NCBI RefSeq assembly: GCF_964204645.1
Contig: NC_134034.1
Coordinates: 14,128,010-14,192,009, forward strand
Reading direction: 5' to 3'
From: Tubulanus polymorphus
Lineage: Eukaryota > Animalia > Nemertea
DNA length: 64,000 nucleotides
Part shown: positions 52,301 through 64,000 of the stretch, piece by piece
How the letters are laid out: the number at the start of each line of letters is the position of its first letter
How positions within the stretch are numbered: position 1 is the first letter of the stretch
The notes under the pieces: generated by a model
Databases searched by the model: none
What the model was told of the DNA's origin: nothing
What the model saw: the letters and a program-made list of their open reading frames with translations, nothing else
Program-made: the position numbers and the translations under genes

Positions 52301-55300
52301 AATTTAAAAGGCATAATTCAATTATCAAGAATCAGAATTAAAATAATAAAAGTATAATGAAGAAATAACTAGAACAACCTATACGAACAAAATAACAAAA
52401 CCTCTCGACCTTAGCACTGAACACTCGCTTTACTTTCCTAATTAACTTGTTTTTCCCTGTTTTAGTTATTCTTCAGACTTGATGATGGTCTCTACAGAGA
52501 CTCCAAAATGTTGTGTCTTTTACTTCTATTAAGTTTCTATATAGTAGGTTTTAAAGTTTTAGTGAAAATTGAAATTGAAGATTAAATGTAGCTGTAAAGC
52601 AGCGATAACTGGTTGCAATAGTTTGTAATTGTTTGTACCCCACGACCCAGTTTTATTGGTTTGGTTTTGTAAAAAATTGTATGATACACATATTGTATAA
52701 TGATGTAATATGGACATGTTTTAAGTAACTCAATCAATGAAACCATAAAGTTGAAATATCGACAGGTTTTCTTTATTATGGGACTATAATATTTCGTGTG
52801 AACTGTTGTTCGGTTTTATTTGAAATAAAGATGAATTTTCTGTGTTGTTTTAGTTGTGATTACAGACGTCAGCAGTTTCACACACACTCAGTGCGTCACA
52901 CGTAAATCCCACGGGTTCAGTTTCATAGAAATACGTAATTTACTCAAAAACTTTACTCAATTCGACTTTACCGTCTCAATGAATGAATATTTTTGAAGAA
53001 ATTGGACCTAGGATACAGTTTCACGAACCAATTGCGTTCAAACATTTTATTTTGAAGAAAAAATTAAATCCAAGTTGAAATTGATTCATCCTTTTTTTGT
53101 GAAACTGGACTCGACGGTATTAAATACTCGCTATTCAGTGTGCGAAACTGCAGCATCTAAATCTGATTGAAACCCTTGAATCATAAACCAAATCCTACCG
53201 AGGGTACGGTTTCACATATACGGATTAATTATCATCAAAGATTAACAAAAAAGAAGAGTTCATCTGTTTTGTCATTTCGTGAGATTTGATCCAGATTAAA
53301 TTTCTTCACAAATTCGGTTAAAAATGCATCGTAACTGCGACCCCTGGTGTCCACTCGAGGGATTCATTTATTCTTTTTTACCCTGGTATGCGAGGGTTTC
53401 AATTCGATGGACCAACTACTATTCTTAAAAAGGCAGGTGCGTTACATGACAATGAGGAATAAATATAGATAAATGTTGCTGTAAGTCGTGTGTGCGTTAT
53501 TTAATCATTTTTTGAGAAACAACCTAGAATAGACACCCCTGTACATCCTCTATTCAGCATCAGGACCTCTCTGAATCAGTTATCAGTAATTACTTTTGTT
53601 AAGATATCAACATTTTACCGTACGGTGCTGCCTCTATGCTCATCGGTAGCGGGATTTTCATACACTAACGTTAGTCAACTCTGGCATGCAAGGGTTACGG
53701 AGTATAACTGGACAGCACGACGATTGCCAGAGTTGACTTCAATTAGTGTATAGAAATCCCGCTAACGATGAGCATAGCGACAGCACCGTACGGTCGGGAC
53801 ATCCTCTATCCAGCATCAGGACAACTTGGACCACTACTGGGTTCGAACCCGGGACACCCTTGTACATCATGATCACTCTGAATCAGTATCAGTAATTACT
53901 AGGTTCGAACCCGGGACACCTCTGTACATCCTCTATTCAGCATCAGGACAACTTGGACCACTACTGGGTTCGAAACCGGGACACCCCTGTACATCCTCTA
54001 TTCAGTATCAAGACCACTCTGAACCAGTATCAGTAATTACTGGGTTAATACCCGGGACACCCCGTACCCATTATGATGCGATTTATAGACACATGATCGA
54101 TGGTCGTCCTCATTTAGAAGATGAATTTAATTGTGAAACATGGTCATATCCAGGAATGTTTAAACCCAGCGATCAATGTGTCGACTAAAACCGTGTCTAT
54201 ATCGATATTTGTACTGTTAATCGTCGTATTCATCTTCTTTACGATAACCTACAACGATACGATTTCAAACTGTGTTCTACCCGTACTCGTAGTAGGCCTA
54301 ACTACCAATTTCACGTTGTTTGGAGCCATTTTAGGACAGTGTAACTTCAACCTAGAGCGATTTCACCCACCCCGAGTGCTACTTGATAAAAGTTCCTGTG
54401 TATCAGGTTTAATCGTAATCGGTCCATTGGGCCAAGAGATATAGACATTTATCCAAAGCGACACCTATATGGAAAAGAGTGGAAATTGTTGCATACCAAC
54501 CTTAAAGTAGATATTGTGGTTTTTATATATATTGAATAATGTCACCAACTCTTTTATTCATTCAGAAATAAACTACTGTATTGAGCGAAGTATCTTTTAA
54601 ATAAAGTGGCCTCCACGAGATAAAGCAAATATCTGTGTTCAAAATATATAAGTTAGTATAGAATCTATTGAAAAAAAATAACCCGAGTCAAACAGATGAT
54701 CATCGTACTACAAAAACCTCGCTGGGCCAAAAATTAGCCCCAACCTGAGGCACTAACCCTAACCCTAGATCGACGGTAACCCTAACCCTAGCAGGACTCG
54801 AACCTGCGAACTCCAGCATGCCAGCCGAGCACGCTAACCACTAGACCGCTGAGTTCTGGTGGCTGTCCTAGTTTGTGAATACGTGTGGTCAGTGTGGTAC
54901 AAGGCCAACACTAGGGTTTCTGCGTTTATTAAACAGGCCAACACTCGCATCAGTGTTTGTTTCTTGGTAATTGCCTTTTTAGTGCCCTGGGGCCAGTTCC
55001 ATGGGTGATGGCTTAGGAGGTGAATCTAAGCTTTTCTCATATCGGTATTTGTACATAACTCAATCGTGAACGTCTTTCTGTATTCCAAGACTGATTCTAT
55101 TAGCTGATACAGTCAAACTAAATCGTTTAATCCGCATCGGCTTAATCCGAATTTTGGTCTAATCCGGATAATATTTACAGTCAATTTCATCATTAATATA
55201 GACGAAAATGACTTTTAATCCGGATTTGCCGTAAAACGGATGAATTTTGTTGGTCCCAATGATCGGAATTAGGGAGATTCTATCATACCATTTACTCTCC

Positions 55301-55397
55301 TTATATAAAGCTCTAATTTTGTTACAATTATTAATTTCTAACAAACTAGTGTTGAGTGATGAATGAAATTTGACTTAAGAAAAATCTGTATTCCTCA
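43324..55397. repeat. Composite unit copy U3
   Basis: Colinear with U1; followed by the same tail junction (ATTCCTCA|GACGAGG). Confidence 0.95.
44691..52829 (+). ncRNA. Candidate multi-exon non-coding transcript, U3 copy
   Basis: Same splice-site chain retained; the CAG-rich exon is reduced to about one repeat unit. Confidence 0.5.
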
Positions 55398-58300
55398 GAC
55401 GAGGTATTTCATAGCCGTCGCGGGATTCTTTCTAGAGTAGGATGCGACGGCTGACATAGCCGACGACTTATATTTTGAAAGCCCTGCTGCTCAACATCAT
55501 CACGTTCAAGTGACTTAAGAAAAAATAAGTTTCATGCAAAAGTCACGCATAAAAACAAAATATAGATATTATATCTAGCCCATTTGAAAAGGAGGGGTAT
55601 TTAGAATCGGTAAGAAAAATAAACGGCTGAAAGTTTTGATAACGTATCAACGAACTATATACTAGATATTTGTAAACTTCCTATAATGATAATAATATAT
55701 TTCCCTATAAAAACCTAAATAACATGATTACATTCGTTGATATTAAGAAATTTTTCCTACCTACAAAACTGCAACTTTTCACCAGTTTCCGACCTGATCC
55801 AGTTATTTCATAGTTAATCCCATCCTGAGTCAATTTAATTCCGTGTCCAAGTCTTTAAACGTCAGGCGAAATTTTCTATCAAAATTCGGTTGAAAATGTT
55901 CCAATTTTTTCAGTTCATACAATCTTAAAACTTTCCAAAAACAATTTCTCCGTAATGAACATACGATTCCCGATTGGATTAATTCCTTTCCGAGTAAAAT
56001 CCAATCAGAATAGCGAAAGATGGCGCGCGATTCGACTGACATTACGATTTATTCGATGAAATCGAATTTCCCGGCGCCTGCGACAAGCCCAGGCACGCTT
56101 CAGTACGCGGCCGCTGATTGGCTAATCTATCTCAATTGGGGGATATCGTCTATTGCTAGTGCGCGGGATATTTCAATTGTGGCGTGTTCTATTGTGTTGC
56201 AACAATAGGGGGATGAGCTATTGCGACAGCGGGATGCGGGATGGGTCCATTTGTTACATATATCTTGAAATATCGAGCCGGGGATAGTTCCATCCTCGAT
56301 ACTTTACTGATTGAGGTTTTAGGGGTGTTTATAAAGGTTTATCGCCGTTTTTAATGATATCTGTAAAAAAAGAACTTGAAGATGCGACTACCCTCTCACT
56401 GGACGGGTCTATGTTTGTGATATCATTATAGAGACGGCGTCGCGCACGAGATAATATGATACATGTGACTGCAGCATATCATTATGTAGAAATCATATGG
56501 AGGGCAAAATTCTCTCGATTCTATCGGGCGACGAACGTACAACGAACAGGTTCGTAGATGAGACTCCTTTGATATACGATTAGGCGCCATGTACCGGTCG
56601 GGGATGGGGGCAAGAGAAGCGAAATAAAGGCTCAAAGTTACTGATCAAATAAGTGTCCGAACTCAATCAAACATGTCAACTTGAACCCAGGTAGCGATTA
56701 ATGTAGTCCGAGGTTTGACTTATACCACATGCGGACGCGCGTCTGGGGACGGGGGTATTTGGGATGTGACAAATGATTATTCCAGTTTTCCTGCTGTTCG
56801 TCCGCTATCCTAAGAAGGGAAAAGAAGGGCACCAAAAGACCATGCATCATCAATCAGACCATAGTATAAAGAAATAATTAATATATTTCTATTTATTTCC
56901 ATTAACACTACATAGACCTATATAAAATTGATTCTATAGTAAAAATGAGTTAGTTTTTGTATGGAAAGAAAATTTTGTGAAATTTGGTGTCAAATATGCG
57001 GACGCTGGAACCTGGGAAAAATCCTCTCCTTCAACAGCCAATGGCAAGTTACAGAGTTCAAATCACGGACACAGAGTTTAATTCATTGAATAAATTTCAT
57101 TCTATATTTCCCATAGATGATGCATAAGAAATAAGGTGCATTGAAACTCCATTGATTATCAATTCAGAAAATAGATAAGGTTCCTCTAGGGGCACATAGG
57201 CCTATAGATATTGATATTGATGAAAGCAGAATGTAGCCTAAGCAATAATGACACTTTTAAGTAAATAATGCAAATATCTTTTCTTAATTTATAGCTTGAT
57301 TCTGAAGAAAGGGGAGAACACAGTTATCATGACGGTTTTCATCATCATCTGTGCGGTCTGAAGTATCTAGGCGTCACCCGGGCTCAACATTACAGCCTCC
57401 AGTATCATCATTCGAGGTTAATTTTATATTTCTATGAAATATTTTGCTCAAATAAATTCATTTCATTATCATATCAATGAAAATAAGTGTAGTTATTCAT
57501 TTCAGTATGAAATTTGGCTCTGTTTTGAGGAATTACTATTTTTCCAGACATCGGATCCAAAAAGTCACCTTGCCATCACCATGACAACGCACCAGTCAAA
57601 ACAAACAACAATCATTCAGAAATGAAGCCCTGTAGATTCTCAAATTTGGTTTGTAGTTTGTTTTTATTGGTTGAGTAGATTTTGAATGATGCAAAGTTTA
57701 CTGGAGACACTGGTTCTACCCCAAAATCATCTCAGTACTGATGGTAAACTTCACTGCCCCATCCCTGGAAGGTTTTTAGTCGCTCAGATTTTGTGATACA
57801 ATGTGTTCAGATCAAAAAGAAGTTCACAATTCAAATTTCCGATAGATGGCGCCTGCGATATATAACTCATTGCCAATCGTCGCTATTAGCTTTTCCAGTA
57901 ATTTAGTGGTTCAGCAAAATTCCAATAGGTGGCGAACATGTAACTAATGTATGTGAAGTAAGACACCTTGGTTCATCATCTGATCAGAATCACTGGGTTT
58001 GAACCTGGGACATCGCAACACAGTCATTGGGTTCGAACCTGAGACATTCCTCCAAATCCTCCAATCAGCATGAAACATCACAGTCATTTAGAATCAATAA
58101 TTCATTCATTTGACGCGCAGTCAATTTCAGGTGTAGACGTGTCGCAGGTTTCAGTTATTGAGATCCTCCTCCATTAGACTGAAAATAAATCAAACAACGT
58201 TCATTATAACATCATTAGAGCAATTCACAAAAATCATATCAAATATTCGATATAAATAAGAGTAACTAAACAAACCTGATCTAAACATCACCTTCTTTTG

Positions 58301-58400
58301 AGTAGAATAAACAAAACTCTAGCGTTACGCCTACATCTGAAATAATACAAAACACTGAAAATCATTATTTCTGCATTGGATACAAAATTGAAAAACAGGA
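55398..58400. repeat. Duplicated tail, copy 2
   Basis: Near-identical to 21281-24340. Confidence 0.9.
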
Positions 58401-58929
58401 TTCAACAGGATTCAAAATGTTTTGAGTTCCAAGAATTTCCATGTTACCATTCTTTCCATGCAGGACTTTAAGGTAAATTTGCTATAGTGAAACTGGTTTG
58501 TAGAGGTCTGTATAGGAGATTAGGACCTTAAGAAATATCTACCTGAATTGAAGGATCTCTTGTTCACTTCATCGCCAAACAGTTATTCCGGCTTGAACTT
58601 CCTGGAACGGGGTTGAATGCTCCATCTGCATCGATAGTAATGGTTTATATTAGGGTTTGATATATTTTTACCGATTGTTTCTTTAATGATGACGGTTTTA
58701 CTAGACGTCTATCAGTGATTGCTGCTGCTCGTCGTGGTTAAACCTGGTCGCCAGGAATGATCCACTAGTGCCATCCACTAGTGCACACCCCAAGGTGGCA
58801 AACAGTTATTCGATTTATCACAAATTGTCACTGCCTAGATATTTGTTTAATATATTTCTTTGCTTGCACATGAACACGATTGGAAGGGGGCATGCATAAA
58901 CCTGTCACGTTAGGGAAATCTGTGACTTA

Positions 58930-59895
58930 AGGCTTGTTTATGTCGACAAGCAACGCGACACCTACCGACTCCTCCCGACGCAACTGGGTTTATCGCACAT
59001 TAGCGGCAACTATAGCGGCCTACGAGAGGCCACCAGTTGCTGCTCTATCGGTTCGACCTAAGCCGGCTTGCGACGGCAACCCGGCGCCTACCGACTCGTC
59101 GCAAGCCGTATCCGGCTAGTTGCCCGTGTTCTACTCCGGCCTACGGTAGGCCAACAGTTGTTTTCGATCGCAGCCGAAATAAGCTCATCTGCGACGTGAC
59201 GGAACTGAGCGCAAGGGTTCCAGCCAATAAGAGACCGCATATACATAGTACAAATTATCACCGCTAGTTAGCGTCATTCGTAATTAGTCATAAACTTTCA
59301 AAATTCAAGAATTTCGAAACGTAAACCAAACCTTCAGCACGGCAGATGACTGGACCGAAGATTTAGAAGCGAATTGGTAGAATTATGGTGTGAGCGGCCA
59401 TCTTATAATGATGTTGCTAGCACATTGTATTCAAAACAGAATCAGAGAGATAAAGATCTTAAAGGAATAGCGTTTCTAATAGATATATATTTCCCAATAA
59501 TTCAAAATAAATCCAATTTATTCTCAAAATGCTTATCACGTGACCATTTGAGCAGTTGCAGTTGCTAGTAATCGCTACCGACATAAGCAGGGAAGCAACT
59601 GGGAGGATCTCATATCCCGCTAGTCGGCCTCAGTTGCTGCGAATCGGAGCGCAGTCGACATAAGCTGGGCTGCAATCGCGGTTGCTCTCAGTTGCGTCGG
59701 TAGGAGTCGGTAGGCGTCGGTAGGAGTCGGTAGGAGTCGGTAGGAGTCGGTAGGCGTCGGTAGGAGTCGGTAGGAGTCGGTGGGCGTCGGTAGGAGTTGG
59801 TAGGAGTCGGTAGGCGTCGGTAGGAGTCGGTAGGCGTCGGTAGGAGTCGGTAGGAGTCAGTAGGCGTCGCGTTGCTTGTCGACATAAGCCAGCCT
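58930..59895. mobile_element. Non-autonomous PIF/Harbinger element with internal 10-bp array
   Basis: TIR AGGCT(T/G)G(T/C)TTATGTCGACAAGCAACGCGAC, TTA target duplication at 58927-58929 and 59896-59898, (TAGGAGTCGG)n at 59697-59868. Confidence 0.9.
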
Positions 59896-60651
59896 TTAGG
59901 GTTAGAGTTGGGGACCCCCCCTTAGCATTGGGGCTATAGTTACGGTACCGTTTTTGGTGCTATTTCGAATTTTTTAAATAATTTTAGGAATATTTTCTGG
60001 GAACTAATACCGCTGTGATGTTGTGCTCGAACCCGGGATCCAAACATAAATCATATGATATGTATTGGTCGAATTGCAGCTGTTGTCACCGGTATCAGCG
60101 CAACTATTGATGCTTGATCTTATTGTTTATTTACTGTTAATAGTTATTTCACAGATCGAATCGATCCCGCTGATCCGTTGTTGCATTAGCCGCCTCAACC
60201 CCCCCCCCTCCCCCACATAAGAAAGGTTAGGGTTAAAACCCCAGATAGGGTTCAACCCCCCACATAAGAAACTATAGTTAGTAAGTTTTAATGAATACGG
60301 CTGCAGGTTGACAGTAAGATCGGCGACCAATAACTGATCCCTAGCCGACGGGTGGTAAGGGCGAGTCAATATTTATATCCTGTGTCTAACAGTTTGTATA
60401 TTAAGAATTTCCATTAAATTGCTAGGAAAACACTTTATTCTTTGGAATTTCTAAGAACGAGAACAGTTTTCACCGTTTTGTATCGAAATTGTCCTTAATG
60501 TCATGTATCACGTGATATAACAATGTTCATCGATGATCAAACCTGTTACTATCAACAGCAACAGCAGCAGCAGCAGCAGCAGCAGCTGTCATACTGTTAT
60601 TATTCGTTAATCAGGATGCAATAATTATTTACAGTAAATAAACAATATTAT

Positions 60652-62238
60652 ATGGCGTCAATGATGACAACACTCTCTCGGGTAACAGCTGGAAGCATTG
60701 AATTCATGAATGTATAAATAAGTAAATAACTTTCAGACAATTCAAATGATTGTAGATCGAGATTACAAACATGTCGTTCCTTGTCGGGTAAGTGATGGAT
60801 ATAGATTAAATAATGATAACATTTCAAATTGAACATGATTATTATTATTATTATTCTAATATTACAATAGGAGATGCTTGTTAGTATTATTGACCGTATT
60901 CCTAATGATCCATTCTTCATCGCAGACGTATGAGTTGGAGGTTCCTGCTAACAGTAAGTAGTTCAACTTTTATCATGTATATGTCAGGAGGAGAGGAGAG
61001 TGAAGAGGGGGAGAGGAGAGGAGGGAGGGAATGAGGAAAGGGAGAGAGGATTGGGAGAGATTTATTTCTATATAACAGTGTGGTTTAATTATATTTACAG
61101 CTCCATACAGTTACTGTTCAGTGAAAAGTGCAACCGGACCTGGCAAACAGATACTATACACATCTAATGATACCGACTTCACTTATTTCTATGATTTACG
61201 AGTTGGAAAGCTACCCGGATTGAGATATCAGGTGACTATTTTTGGTCGCTTTAATATAAACTCAGAAACGGGAAATCCTCAAGTTGATGCAGTTTATATA
61301 GTAGTATATCCACCATCATCCTACCGTGGTTATCGCTATGCTTGGTATTATATCATTCACAACGATGGCGAAGTTAGATTCGTAAGTAAAGCTATAAATA
61401 TCTACGCCGCCTCAACCCCTTCCCATCTCCTCCTCCCTTCTCCCCTCTCCCTCCCCTCTCCCCCACCCTTCTCCCCTCCCCTCTCCTCCGCCCCTCTCTC
61501 TCTCCCCTCTTCTCCATCCCTCCCCTCTCCTCCGCCCTTCCCCTCCCCTCTCCCTCCCCTCTCCCCCACCCTTCTCCCCTCCCCTCCCCTCCGCCCTTCT
61601 CCCCTCTCCCTCCCCTCTCCCCCACCCTTCTCCCCTCCCCTCCCCTCCGCCCTTCTCCCCTCTCCCTCCCCTCTCCCCCACCCTTCTCCCCTCCCCTCTC
61701 CTCCGCCCCTCTCTCTCCCCTCTTCTCCATCCCTCCCCTCTCCTCCGCCCTTCCCCTCCCCTCTCCTCCTCCCCTCTCCTCCATCCCTCTCCTCCGCGCC
61801 GCCCATCTCCTCCATCCCTCCCCTCTCCTCCGCCCCTCTTTATCCACGTTCGGTTAAGTATTGCATATGTATTTATTTTTAGAATCAGATACATTTATCG
61901 ATGATATCACTGTCTGATTTAATAGAAACAGCTGAACCGAGAAATAGATTCAAGGAACGCCATCAAGCACCATTAAAGATGATATATGGATTAAGTACTG
62001 GTCAATACGGTATAATGAGCAAAAAGGGACATTTCCGTGTAATATTCGATACGAATAAACGAATTATAAAATTAAAAATGGCTGCTATTAGTGGATTTAC
62101 GGGCACAGCTGAAGGTACAGCCAGTAACTAAACAATATTCGGTGTCTAATAAATTTCTATTGTATTTTCGATTACAGATTCATTTGTTTCTATTTAACAG
62201 GTGCTTGTGTTACGGGAACACACCATCCAATGTTCTAA
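60652..62238 (+). CDS. Five-exon gene encoding a divergent VWD (von Willebrand factor type D)-like protein, ~200 aa
   Basis: Phase-compatible exons: 60652(or 60635)-60681/60711, 60926-60953, 61101-61381, 61883-62114, 62201-62238 (TAA). AATAAA at 62259. Spliced product ...TYELEVPANTPYSYCSVKSATGPGKQILYTSNDTDFTYF...LRYQVTIFGRF...GHFRVIFDTNKRIIKLKMAAISGFTGTAEGACVTGTHHPMF* resembles the VWD pattern (N-terminal C..TFDG..Y.F; C-terminal V.FD...V.L...F.G...GLCG). Gene model is strong; domain call is moderate. Confidence 0.75.
61418..61838. repeat. Polypyrimidine (CCCT-rich) tract inside an intron of the VWD-like gene
   Basis: Lies between donor 61382 and acceptor 61882. Confidence 0.9.
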
Positions 62239-62542
62239 ATTGTGAAGATCACGTGATCAATAAAATTAATCATATTGATCAAAATAAATTGTGGTGATTT
62301 TTCTAGTTTTTAGTCATTATTTGTCAGGGCTAACTCTCTCAATTCCTGTGGTGTAGTCGATTCGGGTCTATTGAATATCTTCTATGACTTGGGTGTGAAA
62401 CGAGCTCAGCTGAGGAGGAAGCGTAGTTCGACCTTGATGGACTTGGACGGGGACAGGCTGGATCTGGGTCGAGTTTAACAAGGAAGGATTTGTGGTGAAC
62501 GTGAACCATGGAGAACCGGAGTGGCACTCCCCCAACCCCCAA

Positions 62543-63168
62543 GGGGGCGGATCTAGGATTTTTCAAATGGGGTGGCTAACAAAACGTAATGAAGAGACTG
62601 CGACTAGCGAGCCGCCTAGCGGCGAAGTCCGAGCGACCGAAGGTCACAAGACGTGGGGAGCTCGAGGGGGTGTCCCTCTGGACATTTAGAAAGTTTTGAA
62701 AAATCCTCGGAAAAATAGTGCAATTTGAGCATTTGTGGGATGGTTTCAGTGAAAATTATGACACCCTGCTGAGCCGTGGCCAGGATGAGGTGTCGATTAT
62801 TTTAATGAGATGATTGGGGGAAGCTTAGCAGGTCATTTTTCAAACATTTGTCATCATAATTTACAATTTGTCATGGTCTGGTGTTGGAGATTTTTTTGAC
62901 ACAGATCGGGAAAAAGTCAATTTTGATTGGGAAAATGACCGTTTATCGGATACAGATACGGCCAAGCGGAATGGCTGGAGTACGAGCATACGGCGTCAAT
63001 ACAAAGTCACAACGCTACTGTTAGTTCTGATTCTGAGGCAGCTAACATTCTTATTTCATCTTCTTAGATATATACTATTTACCCGAAAAAGCCCCCTATG
63101 AAAATTTTTTGGAAGGCATTTGAGGGGCTGACTAGCCACCCTATTCACCCCCCCCCCTTAGATCCCCC
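62543..63168. mobile_element. Degenerate hAT-like MITE
   Basis: GGGGCGGATCTAGG...GGGGTGGCT at left; AGCCACCC...CCTTAGATCCCCC at right. Confidence 0.55.
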
Positions 63169-64000
63169 GGAGGTAGCATGCCTGGGGCAGCCCTATGAAG
63201 ACACGCCACAGTAAATAAAAAAATTCCTCCCTTAATAAAAAATTACAAAAAATCATATTTTCAATCTTTTTCGCTCCTTTCAATTTAGTCACGAGTTTTT
63301 ATCATAGGCCCAGGCCCGAGTGACATCAGTGGGTCGGTGTGAAAGAGCCACAGACATTTTAAGAAAATGAGGAAACCCTTCTAAACTGTAATGAGATTAT
63401 CGGTGGATCAGCGGTAGCCGTGCGCTAGTGAATGGCGTACAAGTCACTTATTCAGGGTTCGAACCTACATAACCTGTGCTGGCGCTGCATGTCAGTCAGG
63501 TGACTGGTCAAAATGGCGGCTCCCATCGTGAACTGTTATATATTGTATACTTTGCTGAATATTTTGTTGTTTGTGACGTGTAACAAGGCTCCTGTTCCTG
63601 TTATTTGTGCTCCATTAGGATACGATGTGAAAAATCTATCAGCGTTAGTTTCAATGCCCTCACTTTCTAATAAACAACAGTATCAGGCCTTAAACCATAT
63701 AGTCATTAAGTTTAGTTACCTACCCGTAGACGTAGTTGGTGGTAAGCTTTTTATAATCGGATGGGCTTATGTGGTTTGTGAAAATATCCGATCGTGAAAC
63801 TAAATCACGGACAGGTTACTGACTAGCCTAAGCCAGTAACTGCGCAATATGATTCTAATTGATTGATCGGTATGACTGCACTTAAGGTGTCCCTAATGGT
63901 TATGTACCTAACCTTACCATAACACTATTCGGTAAAAGTGCAGATGCGCACCTCTCGTGGTTGACGCAATCCGCTGAATGACAGAATCCAGGCTTAAATC

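Noticed and set aside
61382-61882. Proline-rich C-terminus of ORF 61121-61882
   Set aside because: Intron: GTAAGT donor at 61382 and in-phase acceptor at 61882.

Overview
AT-rich eukaryotic DNA from an animal, probably an invertebrate (short GT-AG introns, TTAGGG-type motifs, Harbinger/Tc1/hAT MITEs; taxon is inference). About 80% of the window is a hierarchical duplication. A ~12-13 kb composite unit occurs four times (U0 1-8310 partial, U1 8311-21280, U2 31639-43323, U3 43324-55397), arranged as two tandem dimers, each followed by a shared ~3 kb tail (21281-~24340 and 55398-~58400). Each unit carries (i) a chain of canonical + strand splice sites with 75-90 nt introns but no long ORF (candidate amplified multi-exon lncRNA or decayed gene), (ii) a ~4 kb segment bracketed by ~197-bp inverted arms whose variants co-vary within each pair, (iii) several copy-number-variable minisatellites, (iv) multiple tRNA-like Pol III A/B-box modules, one running into TTAGGG repeats, and (v) nested MITEs. 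The only convincing protein-coding gene is a five-exon + strand gene at ~60652-62238 encoding a ~200-aa divergent von Willebrand factor type D (VWD)-like protein. Nearly all long ORFs in the supplied track are artefacts of tandem repeats. All alignments were done by eye; boundaries are approximate.
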